From the NCBI GenBank assembly GCA_951406725.2, contig OX597816.1, positions 119,846,001 through 119,910,000 on the forward strand: DNA of 64,000 bases, read 5' to 3'. This DNA comes from Octopus vulgaris (lineage: Eukaryota). Positions 61,978 through 64,000 of this stretch are shown piece after piece; the stretch's first letter is position 1, and the number at the start of each line of letters is the position of its first letter. Under the pieces are notes generated by a model. That model was not told the DNA's origin. It worked only from the letters and a program-made list of their open reading frames with translations, and did no database searches. A program made the translations under genes and the position numbers.

Positions 61978-64000
61978 AGATTTGGTGCCTTGCAACTACC
62001 TGTCCATTAAAAAAAATGTATACGTTATATATAATTTTATGCCTTACAACTGCATGTTTATATTTTATTCTATCATGTATTAGACACAAACGGGATAAAC
62101 AATCGTATAGAGTCTCTCCGCATTCTCTAAGAAGATGCTTCCTTGTAAAGAGACAAGAAAAGCAATTATAAACATTTTTTAGGCGTAGAATTCTTAAAAT
62201 TCAACTGGAAAAAAAGAAAAATGATATATTGAGTCTTAAAAAATATTATTATTTTAACGCTAGCAACATATGTAAATAGATTTCGAAATCGTAATATCAG
62301 CTTGCATTAACTAAATTGAATGAAAATCCTTAATACAAAACTGCTTAGCGACTAGCAACGAACGACTCTGTAGAAATACAATAGTGTTAATGAGGAAAAC
62401 ATACATGGTTCATAAAAAAAAAGAGCTAAATAAATAAATAAATGAAAAATATTGCAAGAACAGATGTATAATGGTATTACAACTGAGAATTAATATCAAC
62501 GTGGTTGAAATAGGTGAGCCCTCTAACGTATGACGTGTGTTCTTATTTTGACAATAGCAATAATGATTTCTTTTATTGGCCTCAAGGGCCCAAGACATGG
62601 AGAACAAATCGATTTTATTGCAAAGCTAAAGCGTATCGTGATGTAATTTAACAGGATTAAGGGGGAATTTACTAAGCGAATTCCAAAGACAAACAACAAT
62701 GTCACCAATAATTTTGTTCCTGTACAAGCTGCGTAATCTAACTATTAATTATTGAATTTAAAGAATTAAATTTTGTCCATAATCAAAAAGTGGCAAACTG
62801 AAAGATTAGACAGCGTGTTCATTCGCGTGTATATATTCTTTCGTTGGCTACTGGTTCGAATTCGAGAAGTTAAATTACTATTTAACCCAACACTAATACA
62901 TTTCAAAAAAATTTATTATCTTATAATCAGGGGAGGGAAGGCAGTACCTATGACCCTTTGCGGAGCATCTGAGTCAGACGGGAGGGAGGTATTCGCAGAT
63001 TGGAGACCTGACCCGAATGTTTGCTACAGCACTCTAAGTGTCAGTTGGTGATGTGGAACCGGGCGACAGATAAAGTAAAATAATGTTTCTAACACTAATA
63101 CAATGGAATGAAATAGATTAAATCGAATTCGGTAATTACCTGACAGGTATTATCAACGACCCTTCTCCACCGATAAGAAAAGTCAAGTCGATCTCGGGTC
63201 GGATTTGAACTCAAAACGTGAAGAGACGCAACTAGAAAATTAGAGGTAATTAGTCCGGCACACCGCTGATTTTGATATTCACTGCCCTCAGTATAAAATA
63301 TCGTAAGGAATCTTACGAGGCAATAAAATTTACTTTCACTGTGAATAAAGGTTTCTTATGCACAGGACGGCAAATCTGTAAGAAAGGGGAATGGATGTTA
63401 TCACAAAAAATTAGCAGTTTAGGGTTCTTGGAATCAGCTAATCAATGTATTTTCGTCTTTAAATCATTTGTCAAAAACTAAATATAAATTCGTCCAGCAA
63501 ACTAAATCAATCTATACAAATCTAATCAAGAAATTAAATACTTAAATTTAGATCAATCGAGAAGTAATAAAGTGATTGAAAATAAGTTTTTTTTTCAATT
63601 AAACTAAAAAGAAAAAAGAGAAGAGAAATGAAAATGAAAGATAGGTATTCGTAACTTTCCCATGCGCATTAATGGCGAAAGTGAAATAAAATAGCGCAAA
63701 TGAGAAACAAACTGTGCTGCGAGTTCAGCTCACTGAGCTTTATAGTTTTATCTGAAATTAACAGTGAAAGTATTTTTAAAAAATCTAAATTTAGATTTCA
63801 AATATGTTTTATTATACTTGTTTATACTAAAAGAAATATATACAAAACGGATTTTTTGCAGTAGAGTTTTCAAACGAAAACTAATGAGTTCTCATCGACC
63901 ATATCACCGGCGGTGTCAGCTATAAATTTGTTCATTTTATTAAAAAAGGCCAAATTTGGTTCCGCATCAAATTTCATTTCTGTTTCACTCGTTTCGCTAG

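Overview
AT-rich animal genomic DNA saturated with microsatellites and repeats. The SINE, RTE and Tc1 repertoire suggests a cephalopod (Octopus-like); this is inferred from repeat recognition, not from a database search. The left third holds one clear spliced gene on the minus strand, the E2F dimerisation partner DP (TFDP1/2 family). I reconstructed ten GT-AG coding exons with consistent phases between 19845 and 1079. Its 3' end is uncertain, and a cell-cycle/housekeeping-type promoter lies at about 20.08-20.45 kb. The remaining ~43 kb is mostly mobile-element debris: RTE and R4/Dong-like LINE fragments, two Tc1/mariner elements, a Helitron-like element, piggyBac- and hAT-type MITEs, a long-TIR foldback element and two tRNA-derived SINE families. 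The most interesting object is at 32280-32826: a non-coding 491-bp unit with an identical 56-bp terminal redundancy, an essentially intact type I hammerhead ribozyme and several G-U-supported hairpins. It resembles a retrozyme or Penelope-associated element copied from a circular RNA. Several further minimal or decayed hammerhead motifs are scattered through the window.
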